Notes under the pieces: model-generated | Seen by the model: only the letters and a program-made list of their open reading frames with translations | The model's database searches: none | Told to the model about the DNA's origin: nothing | Shown: positions 17,564-26,327 of the stretch, in pieces | How positions within the stretch are numbered: the first letter of the stretch is position 1 | How the letters are laid out: each line of letters opens with the position of its first letter | Source of the DNA: a virus | Lineage: Duplodnaviria > Caudoviricetes | DNA: 61,608 nucleotides | Strand: one strand, 5' to 3' | Virus record (IMG/VR): IMGVR_UViG_3300032136_000005 | Span: 1 to 61,608 of that record | Made by a program: the position numbers and the translations under genes

Positions 17564-17979
17564 GGCTCTTGCTCCTCCTCGGCCTCGTCCTCCAGGTATT
17601 CACAGTCGAACTCTACCTCGGGGCAGAAACGCGGGATAAAGGTAATCCGTCGCGTCATCTCCTCAACAGAGGAGGATACGTCGACGCTTTCTCCGGCTGA
17701 ATCACAGCCAACCACGACCGCATTTCCAATCAGCGGGATCGGATACCCTGTGAACGAGAAAATATCGTTGCAGTACAGTGGTTGACGGTACATACCCATA
17801 TCGTCCACATACATAATGTCGCCACCGCCATCCATGTCGCGGCTTGAGCGCACCGTGTTGAAAAGATCGCAATCAATACGCCGACAAATATCTGCGGCTC
17901 CACCGTCGCCAGCATCCTCCAGGTCGATTTCGGTTATCGACCTGGCTCGCGGTTCAATAAATAGCGCTTTCATCGTCAT
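17554..17979 (-). CDS. DUF3846-like protein
   Basis: MKALFIEP..., D.MYVDD.G, LIGNAVVVG.D..GE. Confidence 0.6.
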   Translation of the reverse strand: MTMKALFIEPRARSITEIDLEDAGDGGAADICRRIDCDLFNTVRSSRDMDGGGDIMYVDDMGMYRQPLYCNDIFSFTGYPIPLIGNAVVVGCDSAGESVDVSSSVEEMTRRITFIPRFCPEVEFDCEYLEDEAEEEQEPCE

Positions 17980-18281
17980 TTCTCCCCGGTCTCTAACTCG
18001 TGAAGGGCGCGGACATCAGCGCGCAGCTCACCCCAATACCAGCAAAATCCGCGCTCCAGGAGGGCCTGAGCAAGGTCTCCGCAGGCCTCGCAAACCTCCC
18101 GGATGTCGCGCACAAACTCATCACCATTTTCATCAACGCCCCAGGTCCACGCGCGGTAGTGCGGCTGGCCTTTGTGAATCAGTTTCCTGCACTCTGGACA
18201 GATTAAGGTGCCATTGCAGGGTGTCGTATCGTCCGGGAGCTCGACATAAAGCTCTCCTTCGCATCCGCATGCCAGCGTCAT
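17976..18281 (-). CDS. Zinc-binding hypothetical protein
   Basis: CPEC..IHKG..CEAC. Confidence 0.55.
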   Translation of the reverse strand: MTLACGCEGELYVELPDDTTPCNGTLICPECRKLIHKGQPHYRAWTWGVDENGDEFVRDIREVCEACGDLAQALLERGFCWYWGELRADVRALHELETGEK

Positions 18282-18715
18282 ACGACCCTCCCAAGCAACC
18301 CGATAGCGCCAATCAACACCAGCGCCAAGACTGACGGCTCCGGTATCTTGCCGGCCGGAAGATCATCAGGCTGGCTGCTACGCCCACCGCCAGAACCTCC
18401 AGGGGCGCCAGACACGAAAGGGGCAAATGGGAAATACCTCTCGGTGATGCCGGGCTGACAACACGAACCACTGGCGGAATCCGCCAGTGCCTCGCCTGGG
18501 GTTGGCAATGTGGGTGTTTTTTTGCCCACATTGCCAACCTTCTCTCCCGGCACTACGCACCACTGCTGTTGGCAGCAACAGCCGTTGTTGATCGAGATCA
18601 CCGTTGGCCCGCGAAACGCCAGAGCTAGGAACCCGACGACCAGGCCGCCGATACAGGCCCCGATGATGGCGTATTGCCAGCGCCGTGATCGCGGCTGCTT
18701 ATTGCGCTCTTCCAT
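18278..18715 (-). CDS. PEP-CTERM sorting-domain protein
   Basis: RBS AGGAG before ATG 18715; N-terminal TM; Cys clusters; C-terminus IPEPSVLALVLIGAIGLLGRVV. Confidence 0.75.
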   Translation of the reverse strand: MEERNKQPRSRRWQYAIIGACIGGLVVGFLALAFRGPTVISINNGCCCQQQWCVVPGEKVGNVGKKTPTLPTPGEALADSASGSCCQPGITERYFPFAPFVSGAPGGSGGGRSSQPDDLPAGKIPEPSVLALVLIGAIGLLGRVV

Positions 18716-18726
18716 TTCATGCTCTC

Positions 18727-18999
18727 CTATAAGGTGTTTTGTTGGGTAATCCCGCCGAACAGGGCGGCGAAAGTCGATCTCAGGTCTGCCATCTGCTGAT
18801 TGCGCCCCGCGCGGACACCGCGCATGTAGAGGCCATTGGCGAAGATGACGGCCTGGCTGATATGGTCGTCTGTCCAATCCGCCGGCAGCGTACCCAAACT
18901 ATCGCCGTCTGCGTCGTACAGCCGAGCGTGAAATCCCTCGCGCCGGATAACTAAATCCTCAATGTGGACCAGCCCTTCATACGGTGGAAAGTTAGGCAT
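18727..18999 (-). CDS. Hypothetical protein
   Basis: MPNFPPY start with GGAGGG-like RBS, overlapping upstream stop. Confidence 0.55.
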   Translation of the reverse strand: MPNFPPYEGLVHIEDLVIRREGFHARLYDADGDSLGTLPADWTDDHISQAVIFANGLYMRGVRAGRNQQMADLRSTFAALFGGITQQNTL

Positions 19000-19276
19000 A
19001 ATCACCACCCTCTTTTCTGGCCTCGATTTGCTCGCGGTAGAATCGCAGCACAACGGCACACAACCAATCGCCGACCGAAAACGCGCCCCGGATCCCCTTG
19101 ATGCGCGTGATCTTCTGCGGATCCCGGGGGCGGTTATCCTTGTCGACGGCCCTGCAGATGACAATCATTACGGCGCCACCACTTTTCGGTTCCTTGAACT
19201 GATAGCCGTTTGCGACCAGGTATTCGCGGAAAGCCGGAAGGTGAGCCCGCTTGATAGTGAAACCCACCTCAGCCAT
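18992..19276 (-). CDS. Hypothetical protein
   Basis: Packed early operon ORF with AGGAGG RBS. Confidence 0.6.
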   Translation of the reverse strand: MAEVGFTIKRAHLPAFREYLVANGYQFKEPKSGGAVMIVICRAVDKDNRPRDPQKITRIKGIRGAFSVGDWLCAVVLRFYREQIEARKEGGDYA

Positions 19277-19472
19277 TGGATCCTCCTATGCACTCTAGGC
19301 CGCGAGCGATCGCGTATCTAACCAAAGCCTGCATGACGTCAGGCTCCAGGGCGATGCGGTTGCTGGGATCGTCTGGCAGGCCATTTCGGGTTTCCAGAAT
19401 GATGTGGTACCCGTCGTATTCCACATAAACGGAATCGCCAAGGTAGTCGACGTCTGACGGCGCATCAGTCAT
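19269..19472 (-). CDS. Small hypothetical phage protein
   Basis: YLGDSVYVEYDGY.I.L...N.IALEP.V..AL..Y motif. Confidence 0.6.
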   Translation of the reverse strand: MTDAPSDVDYLGDSVYVEYDGYHIILETRNGLPDDPSNRIALEPDVMQALVRYAIARGLECIGGSNG

Positions 19473-20001
19473 TGCCACATACCCCGCCATCATCAACCGT
19501 TGAGCCATTCACGCTCCGAACGACTGCAGGGAGAATCTGGCGCAGATTATGCTGCCAGCGAACCGCCCACGGCTTGATGTCCTTTTCATTGGCAACCAAA
19601 TCGGTCAGCTCGCGCAGACCCTGGACTGCCGCCCCATGGCTAACCCAGCTGTTCTCCAAATGGTCGATGCGGGCAGCCATTGCGCGGACGGTTGCGCTCA
19701 ACTTCCCAACCGCAGCAGTCTGCTCCAGCGCCATTTCTTTGAACTCGTTGAGGCTTTCCAGCGCCTCATCCTTATTGGCTCTTGGGTGGATAACAGCAAG
19801 CTGTGGCAAGCCATCCGACGTGCATAGGTTGCGGACATTCGGCTCAGTAACACCAAATGGAAGCTGCGCGTTGGCGATCCCCGCAGCTGTAGCAAACCCT
19901 TTTCCCCGCACCTCCTCAATATTTTCAATAAGCCACAAGGTAAGCCGCGCCACCTCTCCGGCAGTCAATCGATTCACCGTCACTCTATTATCGGTAGACA
20001 T
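19465..20001 (-). CDS. Hypothetical protein
   Basis: Likely start MSTDNR with GAGG RBS. Confidence 0.55.
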   Translation of the reverse strand: MSTDNRVTVNRLTAGEVARLTLWLIENIEEVRGKGFATAAGIANAQLPFGVTEPNVRNLCTSDGLPQLAVIHPRANKDEALESLNEFKEMALEQTAAVGKLSATVRAMAARIDHLENSWVSHGAAVQGLRELTDLVANEKDIKPWAVRWQHNLRQILPAVVRSVNGSTVDDGGVCGND

Positions 20002-20093
20002 TGTTGTAGTCCTCTCTCGTTGCTTCTTCGCATTTCCAGCAGATATCGCTGAACTGTCTTGTGTGCTCTGCATGGCAATACAGGCACTTTTTC

Positions 20094-20327
20094 TCAATCG
20101 GTAAGCGCGGTGAAGTCCGGCTCTGATTCAGGTAATCCTGTATTTCCTTGTCGTTTGCCTTTTTGGCCATCCTTGTGATCCTCGTAGTCTTCGCGTTTCA
20201 GTAGAACCAGGCCATCTGCACGCCGATGGGGTCGAAACCCCCTGGCAGTAAGCCAGCGTATCTGTGCGCCAGCGCGCTCGCGGCCAGTAAACTCCCGCAG
20301 CTCGTCCTGGGTAAGGTAGAAGGTCAC
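20094..20327 (-). CDS. DUF4224 excisionase-like protein
   Basis: LT..EL.E.TG......QIRWL...G......R.DG, C-terminal EPDF.AL. Confidence 0.8.
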   Translation of the reverse strand: MTFYLTQDELREFTGRERAGAQIRWLTARGFRPHRRADGLVLLKREDYEDHKDGQKGKRQGNTGLPESEPDFTALTD

Positions 20328-20749
20328 ACCCGGCGCTCGACCAACCCGTAGCGGGACAGCATTTCCTGTTCTGATCGCTTCTCAGGATCATCATCTTCAT
20401 CGGCCGATAGTTGGGTCTTTGGGCCGCGCAACATGATCTCGTGACGCAACAGCTTTACCTCTTTAGGGGCCGTAAAGCCGAGGCGAACCTGCTCCTTGGT
20501 GACCTGCAGCACGGCCACATTGACAGGCCCAACCACCACGTCCTGTTCGAGCTGCACGGTCACAGTTACGGGAATTCCGCCCCAATGGTCGATGAAATCC
20601 TGATCTGCTCCGGAATGCAGAGAAATAGCTGACCGCTCCGGGGCGGTGATTTGCAGGCGTACCGAAAACCGCGATATTCCGACCACGGTAATCATCATGT
20701 CATCGCCCATTAGAACGCTCTCTCGGACTCTCCTCGTCAGTATCAACAT
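20324..20749 (-). CDS. csrA: Tandem two-domain CsrA/RsmA-family RNA-binding protein
   Basis: MLILTRRVRESVLMGDD..ITVV...VRLQITAP then VAVLQV..EQVRLGFTAPKEVKLLRHEI. Confidence 0.85.
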   Translation of the reverse strand: MLILTRRVRESVLMGDDMMITVVGISRFSVRLQITAPERSAISLHSGADQDFIDHWGGIPVTVTVQLEQDVVVGPVNVAVLQVTKEQVRLGFTAPKEVKLLRHEIMLRGPKTQLSADEDDDPEKRSEQEMLSRYGLVERRV

Positions 20750-21759
20750 TACTTTTCCCCATCTAAGTCAAAGCCACCCTGAGCCCAATACGGCGGCGGC
20801 TCTGAACCGGTCTGCAGTGGCGCCATTGCTGGCAAATCGTCGAGCGCCCCAGGTGGTGGCGGGTCATCTACCGGGATCTTGCTTTTCGGCTCCATGGTCG
20901 CCGGCGGCTTCTCCTTGCCCTTCTTTTTGGTCTCGGGATTTATCTTGGCCTCCCGGTCAATCGTCTTGCCGTCCATCGGCTTGTCACCAGGAACACCCTG
21001 GTCGGCCGTGACCGGCTGCAGCTTGGGCTTGGTTGCCTGCAAAATGTCGTCCAGGTCGCTGCCTTTCTGGTGCTCGATATGTTTCCTATCCTTGGTTTCA
21101 CCAAGTGTCGGTTTCTCTTCCTTGGCGTCAAAGTCGTGATCGAGCTCAACGATCGAATCAGCCACCTCGTCGTCGAATGGCATGTTTCCGACCTCTTCCG
21201 GAAACGCCCGGCGCAACGCCAAGGCCTCCGCCGCCTTTATCAGCATGCTGCGCGGGCGCTTCCGCCACATGCTGTTAAGCTGGCCGCTGTTCAGGATATT
21301 GGCCGACTCCATGAAGAAGGCCTCGCCAGTGAAGCTGGCTTTAATGACCTCGTGACCAACTACAATTGCCCGCTGCACCTCGACGATCGCGAACTCAGGA
21401 ACCTGCTGGCCATTAAAATCGAACTCCTTGCCAAGCACGGCGCGGGTCTGACCGATGTACTGCCCGGTGCGGTGGGCGGTCAAGCGAGCCTCATACACAC
21501 CCGGGAGGATCTGGGCGCGATCGCGCCATTTCTCGTAGCCCTCGATGGTGGTGTATTTCTCTTTGAAGGAGACGATCTCGACCGGTTTTTTGAGCGGGTC
21601 CAGTTTCCGCTCCTTGCAGTAGGCCAGGTAGATCAACAGCGTATTGACGTCATGGCCCGGGAACATGTTGCGGCTTAGGTAGTTCCAGGCTTCGTCACTA
21701 CAGCCCAGCTTGTTGAGTCGCGCGCGCAAAGACTCGCGCTCTTTGGCTTCAGTGTTCAT
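20749..21759 (-). CDS. bet: Bet/RecT-like single-strand annealing protein
   Basis: C...LDPLKK, A.RTGQY.G, W...PRSML.K.AEA.ALRRAFPE; ATG overlaps exonuclease stop. Confidence 0.85.
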   Translation of the reverse strand: MNTEAKERESLRARLNKLGCSDEAWNYLSRNMFPGHDVNTLLIYLAYCKERKLDPLKKPVEIVSFKEKYTTIEGYEKWRDRAQILPGVYEARLTAHRTGQYIGQTRAVLGKEFDFNGQQVPEFAIVEVQRAIVVGHEVIKASFTGEAFFMESANILNSGQLNSMWRKRPRSMLIKAAEALALRRAFPEEVGNMPFDDEVADSIVELDHDFDAKEEKPTLGETKDRKHIEHQKGSDLDDILQATKPKLQPVTADQGVPGDKPMDGKTIDREAKINPETKKKGKEKPPATMEPKSKIPVDDPPPPGALDDLPAMAPLQTGSEPPPYWAQGGFDLDGEK

Positions 21760-22808
21760 AACGTGATTTCCTCCGCAGTGAATTCCTCGACATCGATAGA
21801 GTTGATGTCCAGGCCCCGCTCTGCGGCGAACTCGGCTTTGCGCTTTAGCCAGCCGGGCATAGCAAGGCCCCAGGGCTCGGGGTCGTAGGCGGGCCACTCG
21901 TTCTTATCGAGGGCATTGGCCAGCAGACGCACGCCACGGCGGTACTCGTTGTAGCCGTGCTCCAGCAGCTCGGGCTCGCAATAGCAGGCACTCACGGCCC
22001 AGGGGTTTTCCTTCTCCTGGGCGATAAACCAGAAGTTGTCGCCCAGGTCGTCGTCGGCAGCGTGGCGGATCCCGTCCAGGTACATCGCCGACTGAACGTG
22101 GTACTGGAAGTCAATCGCGAGGCGCTGAAACTTCCATTGTGCGGCGCTGATTGTCGATTTCAGGTCTGCAGCCAGAACCTTCGGTCTGTATCGGTCGGCG
22201 CGACACTTGAGCAGCAGGCCCGTCTCCTTGTCCTCCCAGAAGAATGAGACCTCAGACTCGCCGCCGGCCAGGATCTCGGTTGCGGGCTTGTGGTCGCGGA
22301 TCGCCTTGCCCATGCCCAGCAGCGCCTTGCCCTGCTTGGCGTTGAGAATCGTGCGCTTGCCGGCGGTGACGTAGAACGCCTCCATGACCAGCGGCCAAAT
22401 CCGATTAGGATCCATCCCGCCCTCGTCGCGCAGGCGCCTGGCCAGCTCGATCTTGGTGCCGCCCACCTTCAGCTCCAGCGCCTTGCAGTGCGCTTTGAGA
22501 TTGTTCACGCCGTCGATGGCGCCCTCGGTGTCGGCCATGTCCGGCTCGATAATGAATCGCTCCTTGAAGTTTTCAGGCTCCAGAACGAGCGTGTGGTATG
22601 CGTGACCCATGTCGAGGTTCGCGTTCTCCTTTTCCTCGCGCTCGGGGTCGACATGCTTGGCGTAGGCGTGCGCCAGGGTTTGCTTACAGATTGTCTTGAT
22701 GGTCGAGGATCCCCAGGCTCCCAGCTCGCGGGCGTGGTAGTGGTCCTCTGGCATGTTGCGGTAAACACCAGGCGCCGGCGGCGCTGGCTTGACGTGGTCA
22801 TTCATCAT
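21756..22808 (-). CDS. RecE/ExoVIII-like PD-(D/E)XK exonuclease (DUF3799-like) with SAP-like insertion
   Basis: G.A.HTLVLEPE.F, EVSFFW.D..TG...KCR.D, DLKST, Y.VQ.A.Y.DG, F.FIA.EK. Confidence 0.85.
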   Translation of the reverse strand: MMNDHVKPAPPAPGVYRNMPEDHYHARELGAWGSSTIKTICKQTLAHAYAKHVDPEREEKENANLDMGHAYHTLVLEPENFKERFIIEPDMADTEGAIDGVNNLKAHCKALELKVGGTKIELARRLRDEGGMDPNRIWPLVMEAFYVTAGKRTILNAKQGKALLGMGKAIRDHKPATEILAGGESEVSFFWEDKETGLLLKCRADRYRPKVLAADLKSTISAAQWKFQRLAIDFQYHVQSAMYLDGIRHAADDDLGDNFWFIAQEKENPWAVSACYCEPELLEHGYNEYRRGVRLLANALDKNEWPAYDPEPWGLAMPGWLKRKAEFAAERGLDINSIDVEEFTAEEITL

Positions 22809-22858
22809 GCTCTCCCTGTTTGTCGTTTTTGAGAAGGCAATCTCTTGCCGTAGCTGGG

Positions 22859-22939
22859 ATAGTAGTTTGGGTGTACCCATATTGTCTACCCTTCCGGAAG
22901 ATTATTTTTTTTGCGCATCCCTATCGGCTGGTCTATTGT
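22859..22939. promoter_or_regulatory. Divergent early promoters with palindromic operator candidates
   Basis: Rightward TTGCGC-17-TATTGT (22911-22939); leftward TAGACA-18-TACTAT; palindromes TGGGT-GT-ACCCA (22868-22879) and CTTCCGGAAG (22891-22900). Confidence 0.65.
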
Positions 22940-22985
22940 GTGCGCATAACTAACAGGTATTGCGTAGGCATAGAGGAACTAAAAT

Positions 22986-23255
22986 ATGAGCGGTCGACCG
23001 CAGTCACTTTCGACAGAGACGCTGAACCAGGTTGTAAGCAGCCTGCAAGACAGATTCCGAAGACACCTCGGGAGATACCCGAAAATCGCTGAAATCGGCG
23101 ATATCCCGATCCAGACAATTTACAAGCTCACGCATAACCCACCGGAAACCTTCAACTGGAAGTTCGACACGCTGCGCAATTTGGAGCGTGGCCTAGACGC
23201 TTACGAGCGGCATATTGTCGAGGAGTTGACCAGTGGCGCGAATTCGAACCATTAA
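22986..23255 (+). CDS. Cro-like HTH regulator
   Basis: IAEIGDIPIQTIYKL...N.KFDTLRNL; first rightward gene; GAGG RBS. Confidence 0.7.
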   Translation: MSGRPQSLSTETLNQVVSSLQDRFRRHLGRYPKIAEIGDIPIQTIYKLTHNPPETFNWKFDTLRNLERGLDAYERHIVEELTSGANSNH

Positions 23256-23991
23256 GCCGGAATTCTGGCAGGACGAAGACCTGGCAGGCACTTCCTACGA
23301 GGCTCGGCTGATGGCCATCGCACTGCTGAATCATGCCGATGACGAGGGTTATTTCAGGGCGCATCCGTCCCTGGTAAAAGCCGCGTGCTTTGCGTTCGAC
23401 GATGATTCGTCGATCGTTCGACGAACAATCGACGAGCTCTCGAACATAGGGTATTTGGAGCTGTTTTTAGGGCTCGACGGTAAGCGGTACGGTCGTATTT
23501 CTGGATTCTCAAAACATCAGAGAGTTGACCGCAAAAAGGAAAGCACAATCAAGGGCTTATATGACTCGTCGAGCCCTCGACGATCAATCGACGATCAATC
23601 GACGCTGGAAGGGAAGGGAAAGGAAGTAAAAGAAAAGACTACTAACGTAGTCCAAAAGAAAAAACCGAAAACCGGCAAAACTCTGGTGCCTGCAGATTGG
23701 GTGCCAGACGAAAAGCTGTCGGACTGGTTCCACGATCAGCAGTTCGATTTCACACTGGCGAGCATGGTTGAGAGCTACATTGACGGGTGCCACTCGAAGC
23801 GCCTGATGTACGTCGACCACTGTGCCGCCTTCCGCAACTGGAGCAAAATGCGCCATGAGAGACAAGCCAAAGGTGGCGGGGGAGCTGGCGAAAGCCGTGC
23901 GAAACGCCATCACGACAAACTCCGGGAGATTGCCGAAAGAAGCATCGCCGAGGAGCGGGCTCGCGAGACGAGCGGAGGGGGCGCTACCTGA
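23233..23991 (+). CDS. Phage replication initiator (O-like)
   Basis: MARIRTIKPEFW.DE, ADDEG, F.KHQR; C-terminal P.DW.P...AAFRNW. Confidence 0.85.
   Translation: MARIRTIKPEFWQDEDLAGTSYEARLMAIALLNHADDEGYFRAHPSLVKAACFAFDDDSSIVRRTIDELSNIGYLELFLGLDGKRYGRISGFSKHQRVDRKKESTIKGLYDSSSPRRSIDDQSTLEGKGKEVKEKTTNVVQKKKPKTGKTLVPADWVPDEKLSDWFHDQQFDFTLASMVESYIDGCHSKRLMYVDHCAAFRNWSKMRHERQAKGGGGAGESRAKRHHDKLREIAERSIAEERARETSGGGAT
23401..23640. repeat. Iteron-like TCGACGA clusters plus A-rich tract (candidate replication origin)
   Basis: TTCGACGAACAATCGACGAG near 23417; TCGACGATCAATCGACGATCAATCGACG near 23577; A-rich 23608-23640. Confidence 0.55.
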
Positions 23992-24370
23992 GCACTGGAT
24001 CGCGGCCCTGTTCGCCAGGTTCCAGGCCAGATGGATGCACAAGTGGACGTCTGGAATTGACGGGATCGAGGCCGTCGCGGTGCGTGAGTGGAGCAATGAG
24101 CTCGCCGGCCTTTCGCCTGCTCAGATCGAGCGCGGCCTGAGCGCCTGGGACGAGGACTGGCCACCAAGCGCTCCAGAGTTCAAACATTGCTGCCTGGGCG
24201 GGCAACCGCTGCATCGAACCGGAGCTCACAAGTTATTCCCCAAGGCCCTCCCAAAGCCCAAGGCCAAGGCCTCGATCGTCGAGGGGGAGCTGGACAAGAT
24301 GCGCCGGCGGCAGAAGATGACGCCGGAGCAGATCGACCAAGAACGCGCAAAACTGATGGAGAGACCATGA
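23855..24370 (+). CDS. Lambda P-like helicase loader (start uncertain)
   Basis: LF.RF...W...W, EW...L.GL...QI.RGL, WPPS.PEF...C; follows O. Confidence 0.7.
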   Translation: MRDKPKVAGELAKAVRNAITTNSGRLPKEASPRSGLARRAEGALPEHWIAALFARFQARWMHKWTSGIDGIEAVAVREWSNELAGLSPAQIERGLSAWDEDWPPSAPEFKHCCLGGQPLHRTGAHKLFPKALPKPKAKASIVEGELDKMRRRQKMTPEQIDQERAKLMERP

Positions 24371-24657
24371 AACCTAAAAAACACCGCGGCCTCGTTGCAA
24401 TCAACCAGGAGCAGGACGCAATCCGTGAATCACTGAGCCGCCTTGAAACCGTGCACCGGGAAGACAGGTTCATCGACAACGCCGCTTACGAGCGGTCGGC
24501 GCATAGCATTGCCTACCTGCAAAATCGCCTCCTCGAGCTCACCCTGGAAAAGCATTCCAGGTTCAACACCAAGGATCCGGTGGCCGAGAAGGCGCTGGAC
24601 GCTTTATGGGTCGCATCTGAGGCTGGCCGGAAAATCACAGCGGCGCCAAGCCAATGA
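24367..24657 (+). CDS. Hypothetical protein
   Basis: ATGA overlap with upstream stop. Confidence 0.55.
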   Translation: MKPKKHRGLVAINQEQDAIRESLSRLETVHREDRFIDNAAYERSAHSIAYLQNRLLELTLEKHSRFNTKDPVAEKALDALWVASEAGRKITAAPSQ

Positions 24658-24773
24658 GCAACACCATCAAGCCCTGTGAATGAGTCCTTAATCGGGTCCG
24701 GTTGTCCATGTAAGGGCGCAGAGCAGGCGATCTCTGAAAATAAGGGGGACTATGTGTGGCGGGGTATAAATAA

Positions 24774-25217
24774 GTGACTGAGCTCGTTTTAGAGGTTCCA
24801 GACGCGCACCCCCTGTTGAACGTCTGGCAGCGCAAACACTGGCGCGCGAAAAAGGCCTACATCGAGGGGCTGTCTTGGCTTGTATCCATGTCTTTGAGGG
24901 AGAGCGGGTGGAAACGCTGGCAAACGGCGCCAATCGCTCGATGCTGCGTACTCATCGAGCGGCATGAGAAGCGGCCGCCGGCGCCAGATTGGGATGGACT
25001 GATATCCAAGGCGCTCCTGGATTGCCTGGTCGTGCGGTCAAAGCGCAACCCGAATGGCCTGGGGGTCATCGAGGATGATAACCCGACATGTATCGAGGCC
25101 TATGCGATGTTCCCGGGCCTCCATACCAAGCCGCGCATGATCGTGCGGATATTCACTGGCGAGGACCGGATAAACCGATTCCTGGCTGCATACGAGACCA
25201 AAATCCGAGGGGGATAG
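24774..25217 (+). CDS. RusA-like Holliday junction resolvase
   Basis: PDWDGL..K.LLD.L...GVIEDD acidic motif pattern. Confidence 0.7.
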   Translation: MTELVLEVPDAHPLLNVWQRKHWRAKKAYIEGLSWLVSMSLRESGWKRWQTAPIARCCVLIERHEKRPPAPDWDGLISKALLDCLVVRSKRNPNGLGVIEDDNPTCIEAYAMFPGLHTKPRMIVRIFTGEDRINRFLAAYETKIRGG

Positions 25218-25218
25218 G

Positions 25219-25761
25219 GTGGTAGAAAAGCATTTGCTGAAATTGAGTGGCAACGGGCCGCACCAAAAACCGGGGTCGAGCGCGGTCACGGTAGAGGACG
25301 TCCATGTGGCCGTGGCCTTCATCCAGGATAAATGCGTTGTGGCCCTGCTGCGCGCCCTGTACGGCGGCGACGAATCGGGTCTGGCCATCATCCATCACAC
25401 CCTTGCCACAAAGTTTTCTCACATACGGCGATGGAGGAAGGGAACCAGGGAAAGGCTTGCCAAGTTGGCCGTCGACGAGTTTTTGTATCCCATCACCTGC
25501 GGCCAGTGCGGAGGCGCCGGCAAGCTGCTGGCCAGGCGAGACGGCGAGGGTGTTCTGGAGATTCCTTGCGAGCTCTGCGAGGGTAAGGGATTTCGTCGAT
25601 GGTCAAACAGGCGCCGGGCAAAGTGTTTGGGGATCAGTCATCAGTCTTGGGGTGAGCTGTACTCAAACATCTACGACGACTACCTCATCCAGCTCACGAA
25701 CTGGAAGTCAGAAGGCCAGCGCGCAGTGCACAAGAGCCTACACCGGAGCACGCTGCTATGA
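25219..25761 (+). CDS. Q-like late antiterminator
   Basis: CxxCxGxG...CxxCxGxG zinc finger then WSNRRRAKCLGIS...W HTH-like region. Confidence 0.8.
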   Translation: MVEKHLLKLSGNGPHQKPGSSAVTVEDVHVAVAFIQDKCVVALLRALYGGDESGLAIIHHTLATKFSHIRRWRKGTRERLAKLAVDEFLYPITCGQCGGAGKLLARRDGEGVLEIPCELCEGKGFRRWSNRRRAKCLGISHQSWGELYSNIYDDYLIQLTNWKSEGQRAVHKSLHRSTLL

Positions 25762-25940
25762 CGGAAACGCGATACACGCCGAATCCTGACCCAAACTGCC
25801 CAAAATGCGGCCTGCATGCGCGTATCGACTGGACTCGTCTCGGGCGGTGGATCTGCGTTACCTGTGGGCATGTGTTCATGCAGGACGATGGCAGCGAGCT
25901 CGTCGACGAAGAACCAATCGACAAGTGGGGTGACGCATGA
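25758..25940 (+). CDS. Small zinc-ribbon protein
   Basis: CPKCG...WICVTCG. Confidence 0.6.
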   Translation: MTETRYTPNPDPNCPKCGLHARIDWTRLGRWICVTCGHVFMQDDGSELVDEEPIDKWGDA

Positions 25941-26299
25941 GGGAGATTTTAATAATTGGGCGCCTGGGAGCCAATGAACTGTGGGGTGAATACATCACGC
26001 GCCTGGAAATGGTGAACGATGAGACGGTCAGCCGGCTTGAGCATTTGATGCGGGTCGAGCGCCTACAATCCTGGCTTGCCGGGGTAAGTCAGGCGTCAGG
26101 AATCACATTCAACGGAGATCTGCACTATGCCCAGAGCAGCGACCCTAAAAAGCGGGCGATCTGGGAATCCAGGCCGCTGTGCTGCGGGGTGATTCTGGAT
26201 TGGGGAATCAATAGTGAAGTCGAGGAGCTGGTCGTCAATAACGAGATTGGGAAGTTTAACCGGGACGATTTTGGAAAGATGACAAACAACGAGAGTTGA
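25937..26299 (+). CDS. Hypothetical protein
   Basis: ATGA overlap. Confidence 0.5.
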   Translation: MREILIIGRLGANELWGEYITRLEMVNDETVSRLEHLMRVERLQSWLAGVSQASGITFNGDLHYAQSSDPKKRAIWESRPLCCGVILDWGINSEVEELVVNNEIGKFNRDDFGKMTNNES

Positions 26300-26327
26300 T
26301 CCGAATAAATATAAATAGGGGCACAGC

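Noticed and set aside
19988-20170. 60-aa CxxC ORF
   Set aside because: Overlaps DUF4224 by 77 nt and also the next gene; may be real but cannot be supported
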